Positions 7,836-17,789 of a DNA stretch of 64,000 bases are shown here, piece after piece; the stretch's first letter is position 1; each line of letters opens with the position of its first letter. The notes beneath the pieces are model-generated. The model ran no database searches. It saw only the letters and a list, made by a program, of their open reading frames with translations, and was not told the DNA's origin. The position numbers were made by a program, and so were the translations under genes. The DNA comes from Candidatus Aminicenantes bacterium (lineage in GTDB: Bacteria > Acidobacteriota > Aminicenantia > Aminicenantales > CALLJL01), in NCBI GenBank assembly GCA_037441905.1, contig JBBIRF010000007.1, forward strand, positions 17,219-81,218, read 5' to 3'.

Positions 7836-10184
7836 ATGGACCGAACGGCAAACCTCCTCGAAGCCCTCGAAATCTTGAAGGAAATGGGCCTTAAGAGTGA
7901 AGCTATCCGGGCTGTCCATTACCTGCCCCCAAAGCCAGGCCGGTATCGGGATTATCCGCCCGACGTCCATCCCCTTCTCCTCGCCGCCCTTCAGAAAAAA
8001 GGCTACCACCAACTCTTCTTACATCAATACTTAACCTGGGAAAAAGTCCGCAACGGCCAGAACGTAGTGGTCGTTACACCCACCGCTTCGGGAAAAACCC
8101 TTTGCTATAATCTTCCCGTCTTGCAAAGCATCCTCGAAGACCCGTCGAGCCGGGCCATCTACCTTTTCCCTACTAAGGCCCTCTCCCAGGACCAACGAGC
8201 CGAGCTCGACGAGATTATCTCCCTGCTGCCCGAAGAAGTAAAAGTATACACTTATGACGGCGACACCCCCCAAGATGCGAGGCGGGCTATTCGTAGCCAG
8301 GGACACATCGTTATCACCAACCCTGATATGCTCCACTCGGGCATTCTTCCCCATCACACTAAATGGATAAAACTGTTCCGGAACCTTAAATACGTGATAA
8401 TTGATGAGCTGCATAACTACCGAGGTATCTTCGGAAGCCATTTGACCAATGTCCTTCGGCGATTAAAGAGGGTCGCTCGCTTCTACGGCTCTTCACCCCG
8501 CTACATCCTCTGTTCAGCCACCATCGCCAACCCGGTGGAGATGGCCGAAAGGATGGTCGAAGAACCAGTAAGTTTGATTGACGATAACGGCGCTCCCCGG
8601 GGAGAAAAATATTTTATCTTTTATAACCCGCCGGTAGTAAACCGTCAGCTGGGGATTCGGCGTTCTTACGTGAACGAATCCCGGCGTATCGCCTCCATTT
8701 TCCTTCACAAAAAATTGCAGACGATTGTCTTTGCGCCCTCCCGCTTGATCACTGAAGTTCTGCTTACTTACCTCAGGGAGGACATCGAAAAAGGGGTCAA
8801 AGATGAAGGCCTGGTTCGTGGCTATCGGGGAGGTTATCTGCCGCTTAAGCGGCGGGAAATCGAGAAAGGTCTACGGGAGGGAAAAATATTGGGCGTGGTC
8901 TCAACTAATGCCCTTGAGCTGGGAATTGACATCGGTTCTTTAGACGTAGCGATTCTCGCCTCCTATCCCGGAACTATTGCCAGCACCTGGCAGCGGGCCG
9001 GGAGGGCTGGCCGGAAAACCGGCGCCTCAGCCGCGGTCTTGGTCGCTTCCAGCGCACCGTTAGACCAGTTCATCATTAATCACCCCGATTACTTTTTCTC
9101 CCAATCACCGGAGAGAGCCTTGATTAATCCCGATAACCCTTCTATCCTGGTCAGCCATGTTGGCTGCGCAGCTTTCGAGCTGCCTTTTCTCGACGGCGAA
9201 AAATTCGGCCGGGTGGAAATTGAATCGATCCTTCAATACTTGGAGAAAGAAAATGTCCTTCACCACTCCCGCGATAAATGGTTCTGGACCTCAGAAGCTT
9301 ACCCGGCCGACCAGGTGAGTTTGAGAAGCATCAGTTCGGATAATTTTGTTGTTGTCGATACGACCGAAAAGACAAAGGCGATAGCTGAGGTTGATTTTAC
9401 TTCCGCTCTGACGACCCTTCACCCTAAGGCAATCTATATGTGCGAGGGGGAACAATATTTTGTCGAGAAGCTGGACTTTGAGCAACGGAAAGCTTATGTC
9501 CGGAAAACCGACGTCGATTATTTCACCGACGCCATCGATTATACCCAGATCAAAATCCTCGACGTTTTTGACCGCCGAGAACTCGCCAAAGCCAAGATAG
9601 CCCGCGGAGAAGTCCATGTGGCCACGCAGGTGGTTGGGTTCAAGAAAATCAAGTTCCATACTATGGAGAATGTCGGGTCTGGCGACCTGACCCTTCCTCA
9701 GAATGAAATGCATACTACCGCTTACTGGCTGACCATCCCGGCAGACCTTTTTGCCTCCCTGCCGTTTCCCCCCGAAGCTAAGGTCAACGGCCTTTTCGGC
9801 TTAGCCTACTTGTTGCATCATGTGTCGCCACTTTTCATGATGTGCGACTTGCACGACGTCGGCGTTTCAATCGGCGATGATTTAACCGGTGAGTCGATCC
9901 CCCCGCGAAACATTCCCCAAAAAATAACGCCGGAGGCTGCCTCGGCCATCTTTATGTCTCCTGGTTTTACCCCCAATATTTTCATTTATGATAATTATCC
10001 AGGAGGGATTGGACTCAGCCCTTCCCTTTTTGACCTGGACCAAAAACTGCTTTCGGCCTGCTTAGAGACTCTTTTAGCCTGCCCATGTTATGAAGGTTGT
10101 CCCTCTTGCGTCGGCCCCGTCAAGGAAAGCGGGCTGGAAGCAAAAAAAGTGGCTGAACAGCTTCTCCGCAAGCTCCTCGGGTGA
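7836..10184 (+). CDS. DEAD/DEAH-box helicase with C-terminal DUF1998 4-Cys domain (YprA/MrfA/Hrq1-like)
   Basis: Walker A TPTASGKT, DEAH-like DELH, helicase C motifs (QRAGRAGR). C-terminal CPCYEGCPSCVGP zinc-ribbon-like motif typical of DUF1998. Confidence 0.75.
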   Translation: MDRTANLLEALEILKEMGLKSEAIRAVHYLPPKPGRYRDYPPDVHPLLLAALQKKGYHQLFLHQYLTWEKVRNGQNVVVVTPTASGKTLCYNLPVLQSILEDPSSRAIYLFPTKALSQDQRAELDEIISLLPEEVKVYTYDGDTPQDARRAIRSQGHIVITNPDMLHSGILPHHTKWIKLFRNLKYVIIDELHNYRGIFGSHLTNVLRRLKRVARFYGSSPRYILCSATIANPVEMAERMVEEPVSLIDDNGAPRGEKYFIFYNPPVVNRQLGIRRSYVNESRRIASIFLHKKLQTIVFAPSRLITEVLLTYLREDIEKGVKDEGLVRGYRGGYLPLKRREIEKGLREGKILGVVSTNALELGIDIGSLDVAILASYPGTIASTWQRAGRAGRKTGASAAVLVASSAPLDQFIINHPDYFFSQSPERALINPDNPSILVSHVGCAAFELPFLDGEKFGRVEIESILQYLEKENVLHHSRDKWFWTSEAYPADQVSLRSISSDNFVVVDTTEKTKAIAEVDFTSALTTLHPKAIYMCEGEQYFVEKLDFEQRKAYVRKTDVDYFTDAIDYTQIKILDVFDRRELAKAKIARGEVHVATQVVGFKKIKFHTMENVGSGDLTLPQNEMHTTAYWLTIPADLFASLPFPPEAKVNGLFGLAYLLHHVSPLFMMCDLHDVGVSIGDDLTGESIPPRNIPQKITPEAASAIFMSPGFTPNIFIYDNYPGGIGLSPSLFDLDQKLLSACLETLLACPCYEGCPSCVGPVKESGLEAKKVAEQLLRKLLG

Positions 10185-10264
10185 AGGTTTTATAGGCGAA
10201 AAGGAGCGTTTTCTCCATTTTTTACCTGAGCTTTAGCTGGAAGGAGCGATTCTAACGGTTTGGC

Positions 10265-10915
10265 TCAAAGCTTGACTATTTTTTCGAGCTTCTCTTCCTC
10301 CCCCATTACCACCAGGATATCACTATCTTTAATCACGAAATCAGCCTTGGGGATATAAATCGTCCTTTCAGGGATAAGCTCTCTTACGGCAATAACCTGG
10401 ATACCATATTTGTTCCTGAGGTCGAGCTCCTTGAGGCTTTTGCCGATAAACTTTTCCGGCGGGGCGATTTCCTGAATACTAACGCCAGAACTAAGCGGCA
10501 GACACTCTAAAATATTCGGGCTGGTCAGTTTAAGAGCCGTGCGAATCGCCATGTCTTTTTCCGGATAGATAACTTCGTGGGCGCCGACAGCCTCCAGGAT
10601 TTTCGCGTGGTCCTCGGTCAAAGCCTTGGCCACCAGCCGCTTGACCCCCAACTCATGAAGATAAAGGACGGTGAGAATCGAGGCCTCCATCTCCGGGCCC
10701 AGGCTAACAATAACCACATCCATATCTTGAATACCCAGCGCCTCGAGGTTTTCCTTGTCGGCCGAGTCCATGTGAACAGCATGCGAGGTATAATCTTTGG
10801 CCGCCTCCACTTTCGCTTTGTCTCTATCTACGGCCAGAACTTCGTGGCCCCGCTGGTACAAAGTCTTGGCCACGTTAGACCCAAAACTTCCGAGTCCGAT
10901 GACGGCAAATTTCAC
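10265..10915 (-). CDS. K+ uptake system NAD-binding subunit (TrkA/KtrA family)
   Basis: Rossmann motif GLGSFGSNVAKTL (TrkA-N) followed by a TrkA-C-like domain. Adjacent to the TrkH/KtrB gene. Confidence 0.8.
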   Translation of the reverse strand: MKFAVIGLGSFGSNVAKTLYQRGHEVLAVDRDKAKVEAAKDYTSHAVHMDSADKENLEALGIQDMDVVIVSLGPEMEASILTVLYLHELGVKRLVAKALTEDHAKILEAVGAHEVIYPEKDMAIRTALKLTSPNILECLPLSSGVSIQEIAPPEKFIGKSLKELDLRNKYGIQVIAVRELIPERTIYIPKADFVIKDSDILVVMGEEEKLEKIVKL

Positions 10916-10941
10916 GCTTTCGTCCCCTTAATAAACTAATT

Positions 10942-12276
10942 TTAGCCTATCATGACTGTCTCTTCAACATAGGCAAATTGGCCTACGGGTTTCGTGCGGC
11001 TAAAAACCGCCAGCAGAGTTAAAGGTCCGATTCTGCCGACATACATCGTCAGAATGACCACCAACTTGGCTGGCGGCGCCAGCTCTGGCGTTATTCCTAA
11101 GGAAAGGCCAACCGTGCCAAAGGCCGAAAAGACTTCAAAAACAACTTCTTTCATCATCGCCGCTGGCTGAAAAATAAGAACAACCAAGGAAGCCAAAGCC
11201 ACCCAGCTGAAAGCAAGGAAGAAAAGGGTAAAAGCCCGGGTGAGGCAGTCGTCAGGAATCGTCCGCGCGAAGACATCAACCTTTTCCCGAGCCGCTATTT
11301 TTGATTTGAGAAAAGCTATTATCACCCCGAGGGTGACGGTTTTAATCCCCCCACCGGTTGAGCCAGGAGAAGCCCCGACAAACATTAACCCAATCAAAAG
11401 AAGGACGGAGGCTGTCTGGATGGCGCCCAGGTCAATCGTATTAAACCCGGCGGTTCGGGGGGTGACAACCTGAAACAAGGAAGCCAATATCTTTTCTTTT
11501 AACCCCAACTCTCTAAGTGCATAGCCATTTTCCAGCAAAAAAAAGACGATGAAAGAGGCAATAATCAGTAACCCCGTGACCCAGAGGACTAACTTGCTGT
11601 GGAGACTAAGATGGAACCTTTTGGACCTCCTGAAGGCAAGATAAAATAATTCCTGGTTCACCAGAAACCCGAGTCCGCCGAGGATTATCAAAGCCATGAC
11701 GGTCAGGTTCACCAGAATATCTCCGGTAAAAGCTTGAAGACTGTCGCTGAAAGTGGAAAAGCCGGCGTTGCAAAAGGCAGAGACAGCATGGAAGAATGAA
11801 TTAAAAAAAGATTTTGGCCACGGCTCCCTGGAGGAAAACCGCAGAAAAAGAAGAAGGGCGCCGGCAAGTTCAAGCAAAAATGTCATCAGAAAAATATTGC
11901 GAATCAGCGTCCGGAAATCCTTGGGCGCCGCGGGTAAGAAGCTCTCTTGAACCAGCATTCTATCCTGAAAAGAGATGCGACGGCCGGCAGCCAGGAGAAT
12001 CATCGTCGAAAAGGTCATAATCCCCAGACCGCCGAGTTGAATCAGGATGAGAATGACAACCTGGCCAAAAAAAGAAAAATAGGTTGCGGTATCAACCACG
12101 GTCAAACCGGTTACACAGACCGCCGAGGTGGCCGTGAAAAAAGCATCAATTAGAGGAATCCGGCCCGAAACCGTGCTGAAGGGAAGGAGAAGAACTATCG
12201 TCCCGACCCCAATGGCCGCAGCAAAGCTTACGGCTAAAACTCGGGCCGGCTGAAATCGCTTCTGCCTGAAGATAAT
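10942..12276 (-). CDS. K+ transporter membrane subunit (TrkH/KtrB family)
   Basis: Multi-TM protein with repeated GxG pore-loop-like segments. The conserved N-terminus RVLAVSFAAAIGVGTIVLLLPFS lies upstream of the first canonical start (TTG at 12105). The end is extended to ATT at 12276, which follows an AAGGAGA RBS (see finding). Confidence 0.7.
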   Translation of the reverse strand: MIFRQKRFQPARVLAVSFAAAIGVGTIVLLLPFSTVSGRIPLIDAFFTATSAVCVTGLTVVDTATYFSFFGQVVILILIQLGGLGIMTFSTMILLAAGRRISFQDRMLVQESFLPAAPKDFRTLIRNIFLMTFLLELAGALLLFLRFSSREPWPKSFFNSFFHAVSAFCNAGFSTFSDSLQAFTGDILVNLTVMALIILGGLGFLVNQELFYLAFRRSKRFHLSLHSKLVLWVTGLLIIASFIVFFLLENGYALRELGLKEKILASLFQVVTPRTAGFNTIDLGAIQTASVLLLIGLMFVGASPGSTGGGIKTVTLGVIIAFLKSKIAAREKVDVFARTIPDDCLTRAFTLFFLAFSWVALASLVVLIFQPAAMMKEVVFEVFSAFGTVGLSLGITPELAPPAKLVVILTMYVGRIGPLTLLAVFSRTKPVGQFAYVEETVMIG

Positions 12277-12398
12277 CTTTCTCCTTTGAAAAATAAGCTT
12301 AATTTTCCTAAATCTACCCCCTATTTCTCCCGTTTGTCAACTCGAACCTAAATTGACATCCCCTGGGGGCTATGATACCTTGAGAAAAGAAAAAACTG

Positions 12399-13067
12399 AT
12401 GAGTCTGATTAAACTAATCTTCGAAGCAAACTTAGTCGTCCAGCTGGTTCTTGTCATCCTGCTTTTATTTTCGGTTTTCTCCTGGGCGATAATTATTTAC
12501 AAAAGAAAATTATTCCGGGCGGCTGAACGCCATTCCTCCAGGTTCCTCAACGCTTTTCGCCGCGGCCGCAATTTGGCCGAGCTTAACGAAATCGCCCGCC
12601 AATGCAGGTCAAGCCCTCTCGTGCCCATCTTTCAAGCCGGGTATAAAGAACTTAGTTCCTCGTTGCCGAAACAAAACCCGCAGGCTTCTGGTCATTCTGG
12701 CCTAAAATTAGACAATTTGCAGCGTGCTTTGCTCCGGGCCTCGAACGCGGAAATTGCCAAGCTCGAAAGAATGATGAGTTTCTTAGCTACTACAGGTAGT
12801 GTTACTCCTTTCATCGGGCTATTCGGCACGGTTATCGGGATCATGGACGCTTTTCATAAGATCGGCATCGTCCGCTCGGCCAGCTTGAGCACGGTAGCTC
12901 CCGGAATTGCTGAAGCCCTGGTGGCTACAGCTGCCGGGCTATTTGCCGCCATCCCGGCAGTGATCGCCTATAACCATTTCCTCCACCAGGTCAAAAACAT
13001 GATTACGGAAATGGAAGATTTTTCGCTCGAATTCCTGAATATTGCCGAAAAACTTTATGGCGGTTAA
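12399..13067 (+). CDS. tolQ: Tol-Pal system protein TolQ (MotA/TolQ/ExbB proton channel)
   Basis: Three TM helices. Conserved TolQ/ExbB segment TTGSVTPFIGLFGTVIGIMDAF. Confidence 0.8.
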   Translation: MSLIKLIFEANLVVQLVLVILLLFSVFSWAIIIYKRKLFRAAERHSSRFLNAFRRGRNLAELNEIARQCRSSPLVPIFQAGYKELSSSLPKQNPQASGHSGLKLDNLQRALLRASNAEIAKLERMMSFLATTGSVTPFIGLFGTVIGIMDAFHKIGIVRSASLSTVAPGIAEALVATAAGLFAAIPAVIAYNHFLHQVKNMITEMEDFSLEFLNIAEKLYGG

Positions 13068-13497
13068 ACTAAATTCTCCGGTTAACTCGAAAACTCGCTT
13101 AGGAACTTCTCTGTCTGAAATCAACGTTACACCTCTGGTGGATGTAATGCTGGTTTTGTTGATTATTTTTATGGTCACTGCTCCGATGATGCAATCGGGA
13201 ATCGGCGTCAACCTGCCCCAGGCTGAGACCGAATCATCGCCGGCCGAAAGCGGGTTGACGATTACGATTACCAAAGACAGGTTTATTCATATGGGTGATT
13301 CCGTGGTTAACATCAACCTGTTGGAAAAAAGACTTATGGAATATTTTTATGGTCGAGATAAAAAAATCGTTTTTATCAAAGCTGATAAAGACATTCCCTA
13401 CGGTTTTTTCATCGAGACTCTGGATGTTATTAAGAAGGCCGGGGTAGAAACAGTCGGGCTTATCACCGAACCAACCGAGGTTGCAAGAAAAAAATAA
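13042..13497 (+). CDS. tolR: Tol-Pal system protein TolR (ExbD family)
   Basis: ExbD/TolR signature NVTPLVDVMLVLLIIFMV with a single TM. Probable true start is the internal Met of MAVKLN. Confidence 0.8.
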   Translation: MPKNFMAVKLNSPVNSKTRLGTSLSEINVTPLVDVMLVLLIIFMVTAPMMQSGIGVNLPQAETESSPAESGLTITITKDRFIHMGDSVVNINLLEKRLMEYFYGRDKKIVFIKADKDIPYGFFIETLDVIKKAGVETVGLITEPTEVARKK

Positions 13498-13509
13498 AGG
13501 AAGCGGCGG

Positions 13510-14298
13510 ATGAAGACTAACCATGGCTTTCGCCGGGCTGTTTTCGCTTCGGCTATTTTCCATACTGCTCTATTAGTCTTGCTCCTCATCTCCCCCTCGC
13601 TTCCCCGGCCGGCCAAGAAAGGGCCCGTATACTACCTGCCGCTTAGCCTTGTCAACCCTCCAGGAGGAGGCGGCGGAGGGGGAGGTGGTGGCGGGCCGTC
13701 AGCCGAGGGTGCGAAGGTGGCATCCAAACAGGCCTCCCTTCGAGACCTGACGACCCCGCAGAAAAAAACCGCCCCCGAGACCGAATCTTCACTCCGCTAT
13801 CCCGTGGACAAGAAGAAGGCCGCTAAGACACCGCCGGAAAAAAAGACGGTTATCTCGAAGCCCGAGCCTGAAGCGGCTGCCAAAAGCGGCGAGGCAACCG
13901 GCGCGCCCGCGGGGGGAGGGTTTGGGGCTGGCCTTCGTATCGGCGTTGGTCCTGGTCCTGGCGGTGGAGCTGGCGGAGGATGGAGCGGGGTTGACTTTGG
14001 TCTTTCCTCTTTTCCGTTTACTTATTATCTTCAAATAATCCAGGACCGAGTTTCAGCCAACTGGTTTACATCTCTAATCGACCCAGGGGTGGCCGGCCAG
14101 TTCCAATGCATTGTCTTTTTTAGGATTCTAAGGGACGGACGGGTTGTTGACCTTCAAATTGAGGTCTCGAGCGGCCTCAAGTCGCTCGACCTTTCTGCTT
14201 TAAGAGCCGTCCAGAACGCCACCCCATTCCCCCCGTTGCCCCGAGAATTCGAGGGGGATTCCTTAGGCATTCATCTGATTTTTGAGCATAGCCGATGA
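13510..14298 (+). CDS. tolA: TolA/TonB-family energy transducer (Gly/Pro-rich linker, TonB_C-like domain)
   Basis: N-terminal TM anchor. Poly-Gly and Pro/Lys-rich low-complexity linker. C-terminal TonB_C-like fold. Position between tolR and tolB. Confidence 0.6.
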   Translation: MKTNHGFRRAVFASAIFHTALLVLLLISPSLPRPAKKGPVYYLPLSLVNPPGGGGGGGGGGGPSAEGAKVASKQASLRDLTTPQKKTAPETESSLRYPVDKKKAAKTPPEKKTVISKPEPEAAAKSGEATGAPAGGGFGAGLRIGVGPGPGGGAGGGWSGVDFGLSSFPFTYYLQIIQDRVSANWFTSLIDPGVAGQFQCIVFFRILRDGRVVDLQIEVSSGLKSLDLSALRAVQNATPFPPLPREFEGDSLGIHLIFEHSR

Positions 14299-15590
14299 AA
14301 AAACAATTCTTTTTCCTGGCCCCTTTCCTCCTTTTAGTTCTAATCATCGTCCGCTCAGCGCCCGAGCAAGAGGTTTACCTTAGAATCAGCGAAGGAGTCC
14401 CGGCCATTTCGCTGGCCCTTCCAAAGTTTGTCGTCAGCTCTTCCTCCCCTCAGGCTGCCCGAGCAGCCGAAGAAATTTATCAAGTCCTCGCGGAAGATTT
14501 GAAGTACAGCCGGATTTTCCAGTTACCGCCTCAAAGCTATTACACCTATATCCGACCGCTTGACCCCAAGAATATCATTTTTGAGGACTGGGAATCGATC
14601 CAGGCAAGGATATTGCTGGTAGGGGAAGTGAGCGGGGACAAAGAAAACGCCACTCTCGAAGCCAGGCTTTACGATGTCCGCAGTTCTAAATTTATCATGG
14701 GAAAAAGGTATCAGGGAAACCCACCGGCCTGGCGGCAAATAGCCCATCGGTTGGCGGACGAGATAATGAAGACGTTTGGCGAAAAACCGATTTTTTCTTC
14801 CCGGATTGTCTTCGTTTCCGACCGAGACGGAAACGACGAGCTGTACATCATGGATTATGACGGAGCCAACCAGACCCGTCTGACTTTTAACAAAACCCGC
14901 GATTACATGCCCGCCATTTCCCCTGACGGCCAAAAAATTGCCTTTACCTCTTACCGAGAAACTTTGGCCGGACTTTACCTCATGGACTTGACTAAGAGGA
15001 AAATCATCCCCGTCTCCACGCGGGGGACGAACTTCTCGCCATCCTTCTCACCCGACGGGAAGAAATTGGCCTTTTGCTCGACGATGGACGGCAATTCAGA
15101 AATTTATCTGGCCCGTCTCGGAACGGACACTGTCGAGGAAATTAAGAGGCTTACTTTTAACGAGGCCATCGACAATTCCCCCTTCTTATCGCCAACCGGG
15201 ACGGAGATTGCTTTCGTTTCTGACCGCGGCGGGACTCCCCAGATTTACATCATGGACGCCGAGGGTTCGAACCTCAGGCGAGTAAGCTTCGGCGGGACCT
15301 ATCATGATGCGCCGGCCTGGTCGCCAACCGGAGAGAGAATTGTCTACGTGTCGCGGCTCGACAACATCTTCGACCTCTATGTGCTCAACCTAAGGACAAA
15401 CCAGATTATTAAATTAACCGAAAGCAACGCTCGTAACGAGTCGCCCGCCTGGTCGCCTGACGGCCGGCACATCGTCTTTTCCTCCAACCTCAGCGGCTCC
15501 ATCCAAATCTATACTATTGATTATGACGGAGCCAACCTGAGGCGTTTGACTTCGGCGGGAAATAACAAGCTGCCGGACTGGTCATACTAA
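14295..15590 (+). CDS. tolB: Tol-Pal system beta-propeller protein TolB
   Basis: Signal peptide. Repeated SPDG/SPTG beta-propeller blades ([46 protein letters not shown]). Confidence 0.85.
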   Translation: MKKQFFFLAPFLLLVLIIVRSAPEQEVYLRISEGVPAISLALPKFVVSSSSPQAARAAEEIYQVLAEDLKYSRIFQLPPQSYYTYIRPLDPKNIIFEDWESIQARILLVGEVSGDKENATLEARLYDVRSSKFIMGKRYQGNPPAWRQIAHRLADEIMKTFGEKPIFSSRIVFVSDRDGNDELYIMDYDGANQTRLTFNKTRDYMPAISPDGQKIAFTSYRETLAGLYLMDLTKRKIIPVSTRGTNFSPSFSPDGKKLAFCSTMDGNSEIYLARLGTDTVEEIKRLTFNEAIDNSPFLSPTGTEIAFVSDRGGTPQIYIMDAEGSNLRRVSFGGTYHDAPAWSPTGERIVYVSRLDNIFDLYVLNLRTNQIIKLTESNARNESPAWSPDGRHIVFSSNLSGSIQIYTIDYDGANLRRLTSAGNNKLPDWSY

Positions 15591-15719
15591 AGCTTGATTT
15601 TTCCGAAAATTATCATCTTTTGATTGACAGGGGATTTGGCCTTCCTTTAGAATGCCTTTGGACAAGGGAGAATAATGGAAGTTTCCTGGCCGAGATTTAT
15701 CAACAAAGAAGGAGGCTTT

Positions 15720-16274
15720 ATGAAAAAGGCTGTTTATTTGCTTTTTGTTGTCATCCTTGGTTTGGCCTTGCTTTCTTCCTGCAAGCCCAAGGTGAAAGAG
15801 GCCCCTCCCCCACCGCCCCCTCAGGTTAAAGAACAGCCGAAAGTCGAAAAGGTCGAGCCGCCCAAGGAGCCGGTAAAACCAGTCCTGACCGAAGAGGAGA
15901 TTTTCATGGCCCAATCCCTGGAGGAGGCCAACAAGGCTGGCTACTTGAAGATGATTCATTTTGACTACGACAAGTATAACATCCGGGATGATGCTCGTCC
16001 GGTGCTGGCTCAGAATGCAGCCTGGCTGAAAAAATTTCCTTCGGTAAAAGTGCTGATTGAAGGTCACTGCGACGAAAGAGGGACCGAAGAATATAACCTG
16101 GCTCTGGGAGAAAGAAGGGCTAAAGCAACTTTTGATTATCTGGTTTCGCTCGGCATTTCTCCAGATAGAATGAAGATCATCTCGTACGGCAAAAGCCAGC
16201 CCCTCGACCCCGGCCATAACGAGGAAGCCTGGGCCAAGAACAGAAGAGCTCAATTTACGATAATAGAAAAATAA
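15720..16274 (+). CDS. pal: peptidoglycan-associated lipoprotein Pal (OmpA-like domain)
   Basis: Lipobox LLSSC. OmpA-like C-terminal domain (IEGHCDERGTEEYNLALGERRA). ATG at 15720 is preceded by a GAAGGAGG RBS. Confidence 0.85.
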   Translation: MKKAVYLLFVVILGLALLSSCKPKVKEAPPPPPPQVKEQPKVEKVEPPKEPVKPVLTEEEIFMAQSLEEANKAGYLKMIHFDYDKYNIRDDARPVLAQNAAWLKKFPSVKVLIEGHCDERGTEEYNLALGERRAKATFDYLVSLGISPDRMKIISYGKSQPLDPGHNEEAWAKNRRAQFTIIEK

Positions 16275-16388
16275 GGATTTGCAGAAGGTTGAATATATAT
16301 TTGGAGTTATGACAAAAGGAAAGTAATGACAAAAGGGAGGAGTTAATAATATTATTTATAGAAAAGGAGCAAAACTAGGCGGGCAGGG

Positions 16389-17255
16389 ATGAAAAGAGAA
16401 AAAAAAGACCTCGCTTCCTTAGCCGTTGTCCTGTTCTTGTTTATCGGGGCGACTCTCCCAGACCAAGCGCAAAAAGTTTATGAGTTAATTTACGAGGATG
16501 TCCAAGTCTTAAAAAAGCAAATGCTCGTTTTTCAGGAAAGGCTCCAGACTCTGGCCTCGGAGCTCCAGGCGATAAAAACTCAGATTGAGAGCCTCCAGTC
16601 CTGGCTTAAAAACTACCAACAGGAACGAGCGGCCGACGAGCAGCGGCTGAAAGATATTCCCGTCCAGTATCAGATTGTCAGCGACCGGCTGGAACAACTG
16701 AGTTCCCGCCTGGATAAAATTGCCGAAGATTTGCTGACCATTCGGTCAGCGACTCTCCCTTCTCCTTCTGCCGAAACCAAAGCAACTCCGCCGACAGGAG
16801 CCGAAACGGCGAAGCCCACCAAGCCTGAAGCCCAGCCGGCAAAAGAAGCCCCGCCGACCGCTCCTCCTGCCGGTCCTTCCCCGCAAGAACTTTATAACAG
16901 CGCCTACAACGATTACTTGAAGGGAAATTTTGACCTGGCTATCGAAGGTTTTAAGCTCTACCGGGAACAATTCAGCGAGAGCCCGCTGGCAGATAACGCC
17001 CTTTACTGGGTGGGAGAATGCTATTTCAGCCAGAAAAAATTTGCCGAGGCCATTGCCGCCTTTAACGATGTTATCCTCTATTATCCAAAGGGGGATAGGG
17101 CGGCGGCCGCCTACCTCAAAAAAGGGCTGTGTTACATCGAAATGGGCCAGAAAGAAGAAGCCGTGGCCGTGTTCCGGCTGCTCATTAGCAAATTCCCGCT
17201 GGAAGAAGAGGCCAGAATCGCCCAACAAAAAATAAAGGAAATCACCGAAAAATGA
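16389..17255 (+). CDS. cpoB: Tol-Pal system protein CpoB/YbgF (coiled-coil plus TPR)
   Basis: N-terminal coiled coil. C-terminal TPR repeats (ALYWVGECYFSQKKFAEAIAAF, AAAYLKKGLCYIEMGQ). Last gene of the tol-pal cluster. Confidence 0.7.
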   Translation: MKREKKDLASLAVVLFLFIGATLPDQAQKVYELIYEDVQVLKKQMLVFQERLQTLASELQAIKTQIESLQSWLKNYQQERAADEQRLKDIPVQYQIVSDRLEQLSSRLDKIAEDLLTIRSATLPSPSAETKATPPTGAETAKPTKPEAQPAKEAPPTAPPAGPSPQELYNSAYNDYLKGNFDLAIEGFKLYREQFSESPLADNALYWVGECYFSQKKFAEAIAAFNDVILYYPKGDRAAAAYLKKGLCYIEMGQKEEAVAVFRLLISKFPLEEEARIAQQKIKEITEK

Positions 17256-17731
17256 GAGATGTTAACAGTTTAAACCGCGTCATCCTTGTCGGTCATTTGA
17301 GGGAGAAGCCAGAAGTAAGCTACCTGCCGCGAACCCAAAGAGCCGTGGCTCATTTTGACATTGCCACTAATGAGCTGGTCTACGACCCGACCAAGAACCA
17401 GAGCAGCCGCCGGGCTGAATGGCATCGAATTGTTGCCTGGGGAAAACTGGCTGAATTTTGCGGCAAATATCTAAGCAAAGGAAAACAGGTGCTGATTGAG
17501 GGGAAGCTCCGGAGCCGGACCTGGACGACTCGCGATGGCGAAAAAAGGAAGGTTACTGAAATCGAAGCGAGGAGCGTTATTCTTCTAGGCCGCCGCGAAG
17601 AAGAAGCCGAAGTGGCCGAAGTCGAGCCTTTAGCCGTCGAAGCCTCCGCGGCTGATTTCCCTGACATCCCGGACACTCCAGAAACTGAATTTCCTCCCGA
17701 CACCGAGCCGGACGATGAGGTGCCGTTCTGA
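17252..17731 (+). CDS. ssb: single-stranded DNA-binding protein
   Basis: OB-fold motifs (LNRVILVGHL, WHRIVAWGKLAE). Acidic C-terminal tail ending DDEVPF. Confidence 0.85.
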   Translation: MRDVNSLNRVILVGHLREKPEVSYLPRTQRAVAHFDIATNELVYDPTKNQSSRRAEWHRIVAWGKLAEFCGKYLSKGKQVLIEGKLRSRTWTTRDGEKRKVTEIEARSVILLGRREEEAEVAEVEPLAVEASAADFPDIPDTPETEFPPDTEPDDEVPF

Positions 17732-17789
17732 AAAAAGGAAAAATCAATTAGCCTGTTTCCAGTTTACTTTTAGCGTTTAACCTGGACCA

